DNA from: Paecilomyces variotii
Taxonomy: Eukaryota
NCBI GenBank assembly: GCA_004022145.1
Contig: RCNU01000006.1
Length of the DNA stretch: 64,000 nucleotides
Strand: one strand, 5' to 3'
The notes under the pieces were generated by a model. That model did not search any database. It was not told where the DNA came from and saw only the letters and a list, made by a program, of their open reading frames with translations. This document shows positions 41,201 to 53,241 of this stretch, in pieces (within the stretch, counting starts at the first letter, position 1; each line of letters starts with the position of its first letter). Made by a program: the position numbers and the translations under genes.

Positions 41201-43940
41201 AAATCTACAATACACAATAGTGACATAGAGATGCATAAATCCATTATCGACCTGGGTCAGCTGTAGATATAGATAAGGTATTCTGATTTCGTCATCGCTA
41301 ATCCGAGACTGAGAATTGTATCATGATCGAGTATACTATGGCACGTTGGACGACGCTGACAAGCTTGGGTATTCACTCCTCATGTAATATTCTGCTGTTC
41401 CTATGCTACTATTAGCTTCTCAGTAGAGCCACTTAGTAAACGATCAGTCTAAGGACTGTTTCCTATGATATTATTTCCCAAGTAATAGAACAATACTATG
41501 TCGATGGCTCGAGTATTGAAGGTCTTGCAGCGAGTGCTATCTAGTTTACATGACTACCAGTGTCAAACTCACACTTCTTCCAGAGAAGAATATGTAGCAT
41601 AATCTTGGCTTCCGTATCGACACGCGTCGGTAGGAAAATGCCAAAGCCGCATGTATTCTGTTCTGCTTGTATGTTTTCTTAGTGGCGATCAACACAAATA
41701 TCGCAGAAAGGGGCAGATCCATTCATTTGCGGTGGTGCGAGTCGGAAAAAAAAAACAAATTCTACCCTTTTATTAAAAGTATGATATCCTTGAGGGGAAA
41801 TTTGAAGCTGTTCATTCACCTACTCGTGACGGAAGGATCGGCATTCTGTCTAGATGAAATATTAATTCGCCTTATTGGTAATTTATTGCTCGCTCTGTCT
41901 ATACTGGAGGTTGACAATTTCTACCTAAGTATACTCCAGGAATACGATATCTTGAACCCTTGTGAGGAATTGATGGTTCTGGCAGGTCTATGTTTGCTAT
42001 TTTAGAACAGAAAAGCCCCGGTAAATGGGATTTCTACGGTACATATTTCGCAACACTTGAAAGTAGTAGTACGATAGCTGTCTCAATTCCATGAGGAGCG
42101 AGAATGCGCCGACCCATTCTAGCTTCTGTTTATGAGTTGTCAAACTGTAAGTGGCACGGAAGCGAAGGTATATCTGGAGCCTCTAGCGCAGTTGACGGTT
42201 AATTGCTCGAGCTGGATCTGGACCTTGGCCATATATTCATCTCCTAGTTACGCAAAGAACTTAGAGCCGAACTGTTCAACATGTTCTAATATACAAAGCA
42301 GTACAAAACACCTGATGCGAACATATGTTATGATAAGTTACCATGCTCGCAGCCATTGTGCACTGAGACAAGCAAATATGCTGGTTCAGAGTATAGTAAA
42401 GAGCTAATACCAGAGGATACTGCTGTTAGCATATAAAGTGTTCGTTGTGTGAATCTCTTCCTCCTATATGATATATTCTCTTCAAACAAAATAAGTAGAC
42501 TGACAAATGTAAGATTTTGTCTAATTGACAACTATATTATAGGGCGCCCACCTCCCAAATGTTTTCCTCACATTGTCTGATCCCATTAATTATATATCGA
42601 TACTATAATCGGATCTCTTTTTATCTGTGGCAAGGGAAGGACACGCAGTTGGTGCTTAAGGTAATCTGTTAGTGGCGCTAATATCGTGTAGTAACTTATA
42701 TTGGCCTATATAGAGATTTACTGTCCACTTTGTTCTTATGATATTACTATAGAATGGTGCTAGAAGTTTCTACTCGGAATGAAGCAATTAAATCGCGCCA
42801 TTGTTCATTTGAAAGTGAGTGACTATCTAATATCTAGAGTCGTCTGCTGATTATAAATGAAACATTGGAGGGAGTATAAAATTAATAACAAATTAGCTTA
42901 TCCTAGGAACTATGGCTGACTTGTCCCCCGTATCAGACCAGAAAGATATAGTCCTTTGCTTACCGAACCTCGCTTTCGATCAATTCTATATAATTACATG
43001 TCGGAGCCTGCCTACAGGCAGACCTCCTGTCGTGTTTCTCCCACGCCTTCTAGCTCCACCCACAGGGATAAATAGGCTGAGCTAGCTGCTAGAGAATTCA
43101 AGCTCAGCGAGCTTCTCTCCAGATTACATGCTGCGTACTAGGCTCTTTCAACCTCTAAAATCTCCCATTGTGATTCTTTTCGACTGCATATAGATCCATG
43201 ATAGCTAAACGTTACACGTATGATCATGATCTACCTGGGCTCTAGACTTAATCTAGAAATATAGTAGACCTCTCAGATACCAGGTTTAGCATGAATATTA
43301 CGCTATTCTTTCTTCCATCAGATGCTCTGAAGGGACAGTCAACAATTAAAATGGGTTTCTAGGTAGCTTACGGAACTGTGTCCATAACCACGGACTTCTG
43401 TGTAAATGCCCATCGATTCCTACTCAGAGGTAAAAATTCATAGGTATCTAAGTCTCCAAATGCATGTTTGAGCCGCGGTTTCCGTCGAAATAGCCATAGT
43501 GTAAGGAATGAACAACTTGCCTATCTTAATAAACGATGGGAAGGAAGGCGCATCCACCCTAGAACAGCGAATATGGCCGTCTTTCTCGCCATCTATGAAA
43601 TCAAATCTCTGGCTTTCAATCCTTGACGTGCGTTTAGTTGTCCATTGCTGCTTGCAGCGAAGCGTGGAAGGCTAAACAGGCATCCTCACGCGTCTAGCCT
43701 TACAACTCGTGAGTTCATGAGGTACCTAGGTAGGTATGTACCTACCTATGCCTATAACTACCTAATTAGGGCTAACTGCGGATGGATCCATAAGTAACTA
43801 GATTAGCGTGTACTTTACCTATGCATGTCATGTATTCCTAATACAGACAATGCAATGTGCATAACCAACTATCATTTCAGCCCCCAAATAATACTAACTA
43901 CCTAGTAGGTATGTATGTACTTGCAATACGTTGGACCTTT

Positions 43941-43977
43941 ACCTCTACATGCCTCTACATGCCTCTACATGGTCTAC
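43941..43977 (+). repeat. Short tandem repeat (CTCTACATGC)x3 next to a TAGG/TATG-rich tract
   Basis: acctctacat gcctctacat gcctctacat ggtctac, directly 3' of the helicase gene. Confidence 0.7.
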
Positions 43978-44040
43978 GGAAACATAATATCATGAGGTAC
44001 AGGATTGTCAAGGTAAAACGATCTTATTGACGACACCTGT

Positions 44041-47000
44041 CTATCCACGTCTCTCCTCGTCCCCAGGACTTCTTCTCCCCTCGGCTTCCCGGCTGTCCAG
44101 TTCCATCTGATACAGTTCGATCAGATACAATGACCGATTTGCTCTCTCTTGCAGAACTCTTCTCCGCAGTTCGTAAGTCGATAGCGATCCTGCATCTACT
44201 AGCCGGTGATCGAGGCTACTGCGAACATCAGGTGTCCGATCGCGATAGTCGGCCACGGAGAAAGCAGAGTCGCGTGTTGGACTGCGCTCACGGTGTCGGT
44301 CGGCATCTCTCTGGGTCTCTGTCAGCCACTGGGCCCTTTCCTCGTCAGTCGGAGGTCTATAGGCAGGTTCGCTCCACGAAAGGTTCACTCGCGGAAGCGT
44401 TGGAGACCCAGGCGGCGAAACGTCTGGGAAACCCTCTGTCTCCTGCTCCTGCGACTCGGCCGATTGCTGGAGTGGACCTTGCTGCTGCAGTTGTGGTTGC
44501 GGTTGCTGTCGGACTGACTGTTGCTGCCGCTGCTGTTGCCGCCGTCCAACTGTTTGCTGCGGCGCGGCTGGTTGCTGAGCTGTAGACGTCCTCAGTTTCC
44601 GACGGTCACCGTCGTGAGGCCCATAACCGTAGTTGTGGAAGTTGGCGGGCTGGTCGATCTCGGTGACCGTTCGCCGATCACACCAGGTCAGGGTATCGCC
44701 CTTCTCAGATACATCCCGAAGCAGAGACACCAGGAAACGAGTCCCCTTATCCTGGGAGAGTCTGGCTATCGCCCCCTTGTTCTAGATACTGAGATTGCCA
44801 ACGATAATCAAGACTTTCCGAGCGCGGCTCAACGCAACATTCAGTCGTTGGCTGTCCGCCACGAAGCCCGCGCTCTTCCCGTCTGAGTCCGACGGCTTGG
44901 TCATCAAGAAGATGACAATATTTGCCTCTGAACCCTGGCAGGCGTCCACAGTTAGATTATCGCGGCACCTCAGGTTTTCATCTTGCAGCAACTCGTCGAC
45001 AAGGTGTTTCTGGTCCTTATAGGGACTGATGATCATCACATCCTCTGGCGTGATCTGTTCCCCGCGGGTTGATCGGAACAAGTAAAGCTCTGTCAAAAGC
45101 TGTATCGCAACATGCGCTTGGGCGGGGTTTTGCCATGATAGGCTATTGCCCGAATGATGGGCTAGACCATTTACACTGATGAAGACTCTCCGGTGCCCTT
45201 CAAGTCCCTGTTTATAGAAATAATGGCGCGATCCAGTAAACTCATCCCACGTATTACCAACACGCTCTGCCGCCGCATTGCCAGAAGCCACCTTAAGCTT
45301 TCCGCTATACACCTGCTTGTTATATAAGTCCAGGATATCCGGATGGTTTCTGTAGTTGGTCTGGAGAGTAGTCAACGGGTACCCTGCCGTATATAGCCTA
45401 TCCATGAGGGAGCGCTTAAGGAAAAACGCATTCTCATTGTTCAGGTTCTCAGAGATCACAGTCGGAGGGAGCTGCTTCGGGTTACCAAGAAGAATCACCA
45501 CTTTGATTGATGGCATTGTCATGGCAATCATGTGGTCACCTTCAAGGCATTGGCCGGACTCGTCGCACATGAGGACCTGAGGTTCGAAGACCCCGGGGAT
45601 CCGCAGGATATCCTGAGACGCGTTGTTCAGGGTCGTCGCGACAATCTTGGCTCTTTGCAGCTCCTCCCTTGAAAGTTGCTCAAGACAGTTCTTGAGCTCC
45701 TTTGTCTGCGAGCGGCTGAGACCTTGGTCTCTGTCGGCTTGCAAGAGGTTGAGGAATCTCTGTCGCGTCTCTACCTCCTTGGCAGTCGTTTCTCGTTCCG
45801 GCTCGCTTTCGGCACGAGCAAGGACCAACTGCTCCATCTGAACCCGAAGCAGTTCCATCTCGTCTTCACTCGGCTTCTTGAATGGTCCCTTGCCCTTCTC
45901 TTGCATGGCCGAGAGCTGGTAAGCGGGAGATCGGAAGCGTATGACCTTGCCACACCAACTGCTGATGAAAGCATCCTTTTTGACAGCTTTCACGACAGCT
46001 GCTGCCAAGTTATCCACCCCTTTGTTGGATCCTGCGGCGATGAGGACACGGATACCGAGACACGCAAAGGCGAGGATAATGACCAACGCTGTGTGTGTCT
46101 TGCCAGTCCCCGGTGGGCCCTGGATCAGGTGTATCCCAGCCACAATTTGGCGGACAGACCGGTTGAAAGCCTTGCGTTGCGTTTCGTCCAGCGGGAACTT
46201 GTCCAGAATATAGCGCAAGCGATGTTCTTTCTGATCTCGTTCGACGTTTGACAGTTTATAGATGTCTAGTTCGAAGTAGTCGTCGCTATTCGGGTTAAGC
46301 TCTTGTCCGTGGGCCAGGATGGTCTTGTGGAGAGAGTATCCTTCACGAGCGTGGCCTTCCATGTCTCCCCAGACCCGGTCCGTGTGAGCCCTTTGCAAGG
46401 CATCGATCTGGCGATCAACGGCCTGGAGGTTTGGTTTTATCACCACAACAATGGAGACCCGGTCAGGGTTCATCGCAAAGTCCACCTCCGGCAATTTTGA
46501 GCGCAGGACAAAGTCAGCTCTTGTTTTCCGGTGCACAACAACACCGGTATATTTGAGATCGGTCTTCTTGGTCTCTGCGATACTTTCAGTATCAACAAAA
46601 GCGAACTCCGCTTCTACTGGAGGACTAATCTCCGGAATAAAGAATCCTTCTTCGACGACGTCAGCCCCTATTTTCACGTGAATTAAGCGCTCACCGGCTT
46701 TCTGCTCTTCGTCGAACCAGAAACTGTGGCGTCGCTCCGTGGAAAAGATGCTCGTGATCGCCTGGTACTGCGTGGCTCTCTCGGCTCGCATTCCCTCGAT
46801 TAGCATCCATTTTCTCTCCTCGTTGGTGGAAAAGAAAGGTTCCTTAGGGATAATCTTGGTATACGATTTCCGCTCTTTGTCCCAGAGCCACATAAGTTCG
46901 GGGTACCGCCCCTCCGAGTTGTCCGCGAGTCTCGATGGCTCTGCGTTTTTGTAGGCCCAAAAGGTCTCTCCTTTTGATTGCAAGACTGCATACCATGAAT

Positions 47001-47526
47001 GGATCTCTCGCCTTAACTTGTGTCCAGGGTTGTATTCCTTGCAGATCAAGATTCTGACCTTATCTTTCATGGCCTCTTCGTATAGTTTGTCCCAGGGCTG
47101 CCTGAACTTTTCTTCGAGTTCCCAGCTTTTCCCAGTCCGAAGTGGAGAACTTAGCATGTCAACAACCCAGAACTCTGTCTGATTCCAACCATTGCACAGC
47201 CGTGGCCTATTCTTGCGAACATTCTGAATCCTCTCGTAGCCGGGATTGCCCTGGACTTCAATTCCCATATCGGCCCGGCTGTTTTCGAGACTGAATATCA
47301 TCTGAGCACTGGGCTTATCCGGACCTTGATCTCCGATATCGAGAATGATCCTTGGATTCTGAGAATCTAGGAGAATACGGCCTCTGCACTCGACATAGCT
47401 GTCATCTTGCCAGTCGGCGTCAAAGGTTACACGAACTGGCCTCCGCTGTGAAGCTTGTCCAGCAAGCCCTGCAGGATAGTCAAAACCCTGAGGAGTGTCA
47501 AACCACTCAGCTCCGGGAAGCTCCAT
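44041..47526 (-). pseudogene. SF1 UPF1/DNA2-NAM7-like helicase (about 1160 codons) interrupted by one in-frame TAG
   Basis: QGPPGTGKT, SNKGVDNL, DESGQ, GNPKQLPP, NYRNHP, ISPYKDQ, TVDACQGSE, RLNVALSRAR; TAG at 44782-44784 with the same frame continuing to 44041. Confidence 0.85.
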
Positions 47527-47621
47527 CCTAGAAAGTGTGAGTACTATGGAAAGTATATAATGGTAAGCAGGTGTTCTTACTTTCTTTATTGCGTGGTAAG
47601 GAGCAAAGCGTTTTCGGACCT

Positions 47622-47882
47622 CAGCACCTAAAACCGAATTGGCTGTCAAGAACGCCAGCACCTAAAAAGGCCTGACAACAAGACGAAACCGATTCTGTTG
47701 ATTGAGGACCCCAGCACCTAAAAGGCCTGAGAAAAGAAAGAAACCGAATTGGCTGTCAAGAACACCAGCACCCAAGAAGGCCTGATAACAAGACAAAACC
47801 GATTCTGTCAATTGAGAACCCCGGCACCTAAAAGGCCGGAGAAAGAAAAAGGTGTAGAACCCCGGTACCTAAAGAGGCCCGA
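47622..47882. repeat. Hierarchical tandem repeat: two ~110-bp units containing a recurring CAGCACCTAAAAGGCC-like core
   Basis: Units ~47632-47741 and ~47742-47850 align closely; core motif occurs about six times. Confidence 0.85.
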
Positions 47883-48582
47883 GAAAAAGACAGGGTACCT
47901 CGACGCCTCGAAAGGAACCGAGAAGGGCATGACAGTGCAGTGAAGTCAGGAAAGGAAAGGGAGGGGAGGGCAGGGGATGGGCAAGCGGCGTGGTGTGGTT
48001 GAGAAAGAGAAAGAAAAAAGAAAAGAGAAGAGACGGGAGGAAATAAAATTGAGGTGAGGTTGTGGGAGAAGGAATCAAAGAAATGACGCGCGCGTCAGGT
48101 GTTGTTGTCAGACGCGTACCTTCACCCAGATCTCTGCTTCAAGGCTGTTATTGCGACAGACACCTAGATATCAGGTATCTTTTACAGGAAAGTATTCAAA
48201 GGACGATCTCCAATATTATTTAGTGCAGGACAAACCCTTTATGCTTATAAGCTTCCAAGAGAGAAGATCTAACACATCGATACCTATTGTTTTTTGTGCC
48301 TAGAGTCTGCAGAGATTGCGAAGGTACTCCCTCCACCCTGGATATAAATTAAACAGCTTATGTCTCCTAATCTACAAATGCTACAGGACTTGGCCTGAAA
48401 GCGGAGAGCTGCCTAATACAGTACCGTGGCTCTCTTACTAGGCTGCTTCCGCCCCTGCAGTCGATTCATTATTGGAATTCATACTCTGCAACGTATCCAT
48501 TTTATCCCATACCTCTTACTATCGGTTGTCTATTTGTTATAATACCCCTTATCTACCATCACTGCTGGACTACTTTCATCAA

Positions 48583-49622
48583 ATGCCGCTCACGACGCGT
48601 ACAGAGTCTCCGGGTCCACAAACCGAAAATCAAAGACTTTACATGGAATGGATCACAAAACTGGGAAAAGTTCTTGATGAAGTTTTCAAACATTATGATA
48701 ATCTCACCCGTCGTGGTCAAGTTTATCTCAGTCAACAGGACTTAGACAGACTGGGAATCGAGATATCTGAAATGGATCTCAGTACTGGTGTTCCCCTCTC
48801 TTCAGGCTTCGCCCAATATTTCAAGCTTACCGAGAAGAGCGAACGGGAGTTAAAATATACGGAGGAACGAGATGGTTGTATATGTGGTGCCGCATGTGGT
48901 TGTGCACTTTTTTGTGCTGTGGAGAAACGCTTGCGTACACTACGTGAAACGAATAGTGATATTTGCCAATGGGAACCTATATCGTGAGTCCTAAGTATAG
49001 TTTACTATAACTTTTCCGGTTTATAGCAGAAGGGCTGATGGTTTATGTTCTTCCAGGGACGATAACTTTTTAGATAAAACATACTGCACATGGCCTGACC
49101 TTGCTGAAACGAAAGCCGCTTACCAAGCTGCTAAGGAAAGAAAGCCACATCTTATGTTGGTGATGGATCTTCCTGATAAAGCACAGGAAGGAAAGCTAGC
49201 AGTATCTGAAGTCTTTCACATTATCTACTATATGTGGTCAGCAATGAAACGCGATATCATTACTACCAAGGCTACTGAATCGCTTGAAGAAGTCGGATTG
49301 CCTGATGATTCTACATTTCAGCTAATACATCCTGTTAGTCGATCCCTATCTTGATTTAGTCACTTGAGAAAGGTACTGATCGCATACGCCATAGGTACTT
49401 GCTTTCTCAGTGCTTGAAACGGCCCATGGTCGATTCATACAAGCTTATTTTGATGGGAAACTGAAAATTCAATATAGTGAATATCAGGATTTTAATGCGC
49501 CACAGTTTCCACAACTCTTTGAGACAACCTTGAGATGGTGTAACTCTATTCCGTGCGGAGATACTATGTCTATAAAACCAGAAGACCTCATAAAGCATAT
49601 GGGAGCTCTTCAGTTTAGATAG
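48583..49622 (+). CDS. Hypothetical fungal protein, 3 exons
   Basis: Three ORF segments joined by plausible introns (~48984-49055, ~49334-49393); C-terminal HGRFIQAYFDG..RWCNSIPCGDT resembles uncharacterised Eurotiales proteins. Confidence 0.6.
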
Positions 49623-50813
49623 TGGTACTGAGATAGTTGTTTTTAGAGGTTTTCTTCAAGGGAGCACCAGAAAAGAAGTGTCTATAATTAAGGGTGCCTA
49701 AGGGGACTTCGCGAGGACAGATTCTAAATTTGTTTAGAGATAATTGCTAAGAGATTTGAGAATAACAAATTATGCTTTTTTATAGCTAAAGTAGCACTCC
49801 CTTTATACTATTTAGCGGCGACCACTAGCCGTGAAGAGCGCTGATTAAATTTAGACCTCCCGAGCTGTCCGTTCTTCTGTATCCGGCTCTGCAACTCGGC
49901 CTGTTCTGACTTCTTGATAAGACTACATTTCTATCGTAAGTCGCCGGTCAATCACAAAAATGCAATAATTATACCCTCGCTTCTTTGCCCCTAATTGTGG
50001 TAAATATACGTCCTCTTCATGTCAGGTAAACAGACTGAAACAAGATCTTTACGGTTACCTTCAGAAATAATATCGATAAAGAAGTATACGAGAATGTAAC
50101 CGGCTGTTGCCTCTACTCAAAGTCAAAAACTATTTGCTATTTATGGATATAGCTACTGAGTCGTCCGCATTATCCCCGTCCTAGAATAGAGTCTATCAAG
50201 CTCTCTGCGTAATTGGATTCGATTCGCTTGATTATTGATAGGATGATTACAGTTTATAGTTTCTGCGAGTACAACTGCATCATCTCTCATATAAATAAAC
50301 TCAAATAAAGTGAAGTTCTGCGATTCAAAGAAACTCACATGGCACTGTCCTTTGTCATCGAATACAAGGCTATTCTTGCACCGACAAAAGACACACCGAG
50401 AACAGGCGTCATATACCGACATGATATAATGGAATTTTCCGCTCCGGAATCCAGTATTTCTTAGAGAACTTCTCCAGTGGCATGGGCCCTCCGCATCGTC
50501 CAAACAAAAGTGAAAGTGCATTGACGATCAACATTTACTGCCGCTATATACCTTCAATACCTGATGGGCACAGTCTGGATAATGAAATTCCACAATGCTG
50601 GGATTCATTGTATAGCATACTTGACTGCACAATTCCTCCTTGTTCTGTGTCATCATGTCGGTTCCTTCACTCTCCCAAGGATAACAAAGTTGAGTCATTG
50701 GAGTCATGTCTATTAGATATTTCTCGTTCGTCTTCCTCCTTCGCCCTCTTGTCTCATTATCATTCAGTTGGTTCTATATCGTCGTTCAGTTTCATACATT
50801 ACAATATTTGACA

Positions 50814-51461
50814 ATGTTTCCGGGAATGGGAGGTTATGGCGGCTTTGGGGGAGGATATGGAGGATATGGGGGCTATGGTGGTGGCTACGGTGATGACTAC
50901 GGGTATGGATGGTCTCCGTACGACGAGTATGGGTATAGGCAATCTCGGCGCCAACGAAGGCATTCGATGCACGAGGGCTATCCAGGAGCTGGCTCTTCCA
51001 GGCGCCGACGCGGACGCGATTCTTCTTGGTATTACAATGAAGATGGTGGCAAAACTTACCTGCCAGTCGAGGTCGAGGAGCCTCCGGAAGAGCCACTAGG
51101 AGGAGGAAGAGGAGTGCATTTTGACCTTCCGGATGATCATGATTATGCGCGCGAATTCTCTGGGCATAGGAGACGCCATCGCCGTCATCACTCTGGGCGC
51201 TCAAGATCCGGCTCTTTCGGTGGTTATGGATCAGATTACTACTATTCTGGTGGCTCAGAATCATACCATCCCGACTTCGCAGGGCGACACAGGAGTCATA
51301 GCCATCCTTCCGGATCCCGAGCCCATTCTGAATATGGATACGATGACTACGGTGAAAGTGGACGGAGACGCCATCATCACCACCGCCGGAGAAGTCACGG
51401 CCATCACAGCGACCACTCGAGTCATTGGTATTCTAATAGCCCATTCAACCGATCAAGGTAA
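50814..51461 (+). CDS. Hypothetical Gly/Tyr/His/Arg/Ser-rich low-complexity protein
   Basis: ACAATG start context, GGYGG repeats, His/Arg tracts; possible intron donor GTAAGT at the 3' end, so the true stop may lie further on. Confidence 0.6.
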   Translation: MFPGMGGYGGFGGGYGGYGGYGGGYGDDYGYGWSPYDEYGYRQSRRQRRHSMHEGYPGAGSSRRRRGRDSSWYYNEDGGKTYLPVEVEEPPEEPLGGGRGVHFDLPDDHDYAREFSGHRRRHRRHHSGRSRSGSFGGYGSDYYYSGGSESYHPDFAGRHRSHSHPSGSRAHSEYGYDDYGESGRRRHHHHRRRSHGHHSDHSSHWYSNSPFNRSR

Positions 51462-52695
51462 GTGTTCGAGTGTTCCCTCCTCTCCTTGTTGATGGAAACT
51501 TCCTGTGCTATCGACATCAGTGCATCGATTATCTAGACTAGACTAACCCCTGAACTTTGCAGCCACCGACACGCCCAACATCCATCCGGGTGCGTGCTCA
51601 GCTGATACTTTTTGAATGTTTCGAGGGACGTTTGGAGGGCTGGTCCTGCCATAGTCGAGATATACAAATAATATACTCCTTCGGGCTGGTCCCGTTGTCT
51701 TAATCTGGAATGAAAGCTTTTCACTGTTTGGTACTCCGTGTGTCTTTCGCAATCAAAGTAGAAGTGCAGGTTTTCCGAGTAAAGGCCAACGCTTGGCTCT
51801 GCTAGCGACATCTATCAAAGGAAAAGATCGCTTCGACCCCTTTATCCACCGAGTCATGGGGTCTGCATGTCATATGAGTGGCGAGCCCATATTTTCTCCG
51901 ATCGGAAGATAAATGCGTGCAATTCACATGTTGATGATTACCCATTTGGTTAGGAATTGCACGCATATCAAAATTACACCGCGGAGATAGATCTCGGTTA
52001 TCCCAGGTAGCCAAGGAAGTACGAGCAAGAAGGGCCATTTCTTACGGGGTATAATGTAGGGATCATTCGGACTCTTTGTGAAATGTACGGAACAGTTTAG
52101 ATACAGTAGGTATATTTGTGGCCGCACAAAGACGTGTGCAGGTGGTCTGTCATGTCGTTTGTTTTCGGCGGGTTCGATTTATGGACTAAAGATTCTTCGT
52201 ATCCAGGTTCTTTGTGTGATTCGGAGATAAATATGGAAGCAACCTAGCTACTCGTTGGAGGGTTCAAATCATACCGTTGTTTCCGTGCACTTCATGATTC
52301 GGCAATATCCACGTAGGTAAATATATATTCTCAGCGACAGTACCTGTGCTACCTGCATAAGTACCATCATTGTATGTTCTGTCGTATATGGCTACACCAC
52401 AGTCTCTTCACTATCTCTCTTGGAAGAGTCAAACCGATGACTCGCGTAGGACAAAGGTATTTGAGTCAAAGACGTTGGAAACTTCCTACATTCACCTGAT
52501 GGAGATTATTTGAACGTACACGAATATACATACCTATGTCTTTGTTCTGTTTCGTTGTACAGTTTACATCATTCCTAACCTCAGAGCTGCGATCCGTTCA
52601 CTTCACGATATCCACTTATTCTACATCAGAATATTCCGAGTCTCTGCCCTCCACGTATCAAACTCGATAAGAGAAAATAAACTTTTAACAAAACA

Positions 52696-53241
52696 ATGTT
52701 CAGCGCCGGGGGCCATCCACGACCAGGCCAACACTACGGTGGCGGCCATGGCAGGGGACGTCGTCGCAGTTTTCACGTTCATAATTCTCGACACTTCGGT
52801 CAAGGCTCTGGTCAAGGATTCGAGCAAGAATTTAGTCAAGAATTCAGTCAAGACTTCGGTCAGGGATTCGGTCAACAGCTAGGTCACGGATTGGGTCAAG
52901 GATTCGGCCAAGGCGCATACGGCTTTCCTATGCCACAAGGATACGCATACGACGATGCCCACGTTAGAGGGTATGGAAGAATGCCTCCTCGTCGTGGGAG
53001 ACGGGCACAGTCAGTCCCCCCTTTCGGTGCAGGAGCGAATCCATACATTATGCCCACTGGACATCCTCATGGAATGATCCCTGGACAGTATCAGACTCCC
53101 ATGGGTCAATTTGTGGGACAGCATCAACCTGGCTTTGCGAGCGGTACGCGACTTGGAGGAGGAAGAGGAAGAAGAAGAAGGGCAGCATACATGGAGCCCT
53201 ATCAGGAAGGTGGCTTTAGTCGGTCCAGACGAAGACGGTAA
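52696..53241 (+). CDS. Hypothetical Gly/Gln/Arg-rich low-complexity protein
   Basis: ACAATG start context, 181-aa ORF with GQGF-type tetrapeptide repeats and Arg clusters. Confidence 0.6.
   Translation: MFSAGGHPRPGQHYGGGHGRGRRRSFHVHNSRHFGQGSGQGFEQEFSQEFSQDFGQGFGQQLGHGLGQGFGQGAYGFPMPQGYAYDDAHVRGYGRMPPRRGRRAQSVPPFGAGANPYIMPTGHPHGMIPGQYQTPMGQFVGQHQPGFASGTRLGGGRGRRRRAAYMEPYQEGGFSRSRRRR

Noticed and set aside
44730-44784. Frameshift between the two helicase ORFs
   Set aside because: The ORFs are 54 nt apart in the same frame; only a single stop separates them
44041-47526. Helitron interpretation of the helicase
   Set aside because: Motifs are UPF1/DNA2-type rather than PIF1-type, and no HUH Rep domain is evident
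47622-47882. CRISPR-like appearance of repeated CAGCACCTAAAAGGCC cores
   Set aside because: Eukaryotic context, no cas genes, and the intervening sequences are themselves duplicated rather than unique spacers
50153-50521. 122-aa Cys-containing minus-strand ORF
   Set aside because: No family motif and AT-rich composition; cannot be supported without expression data
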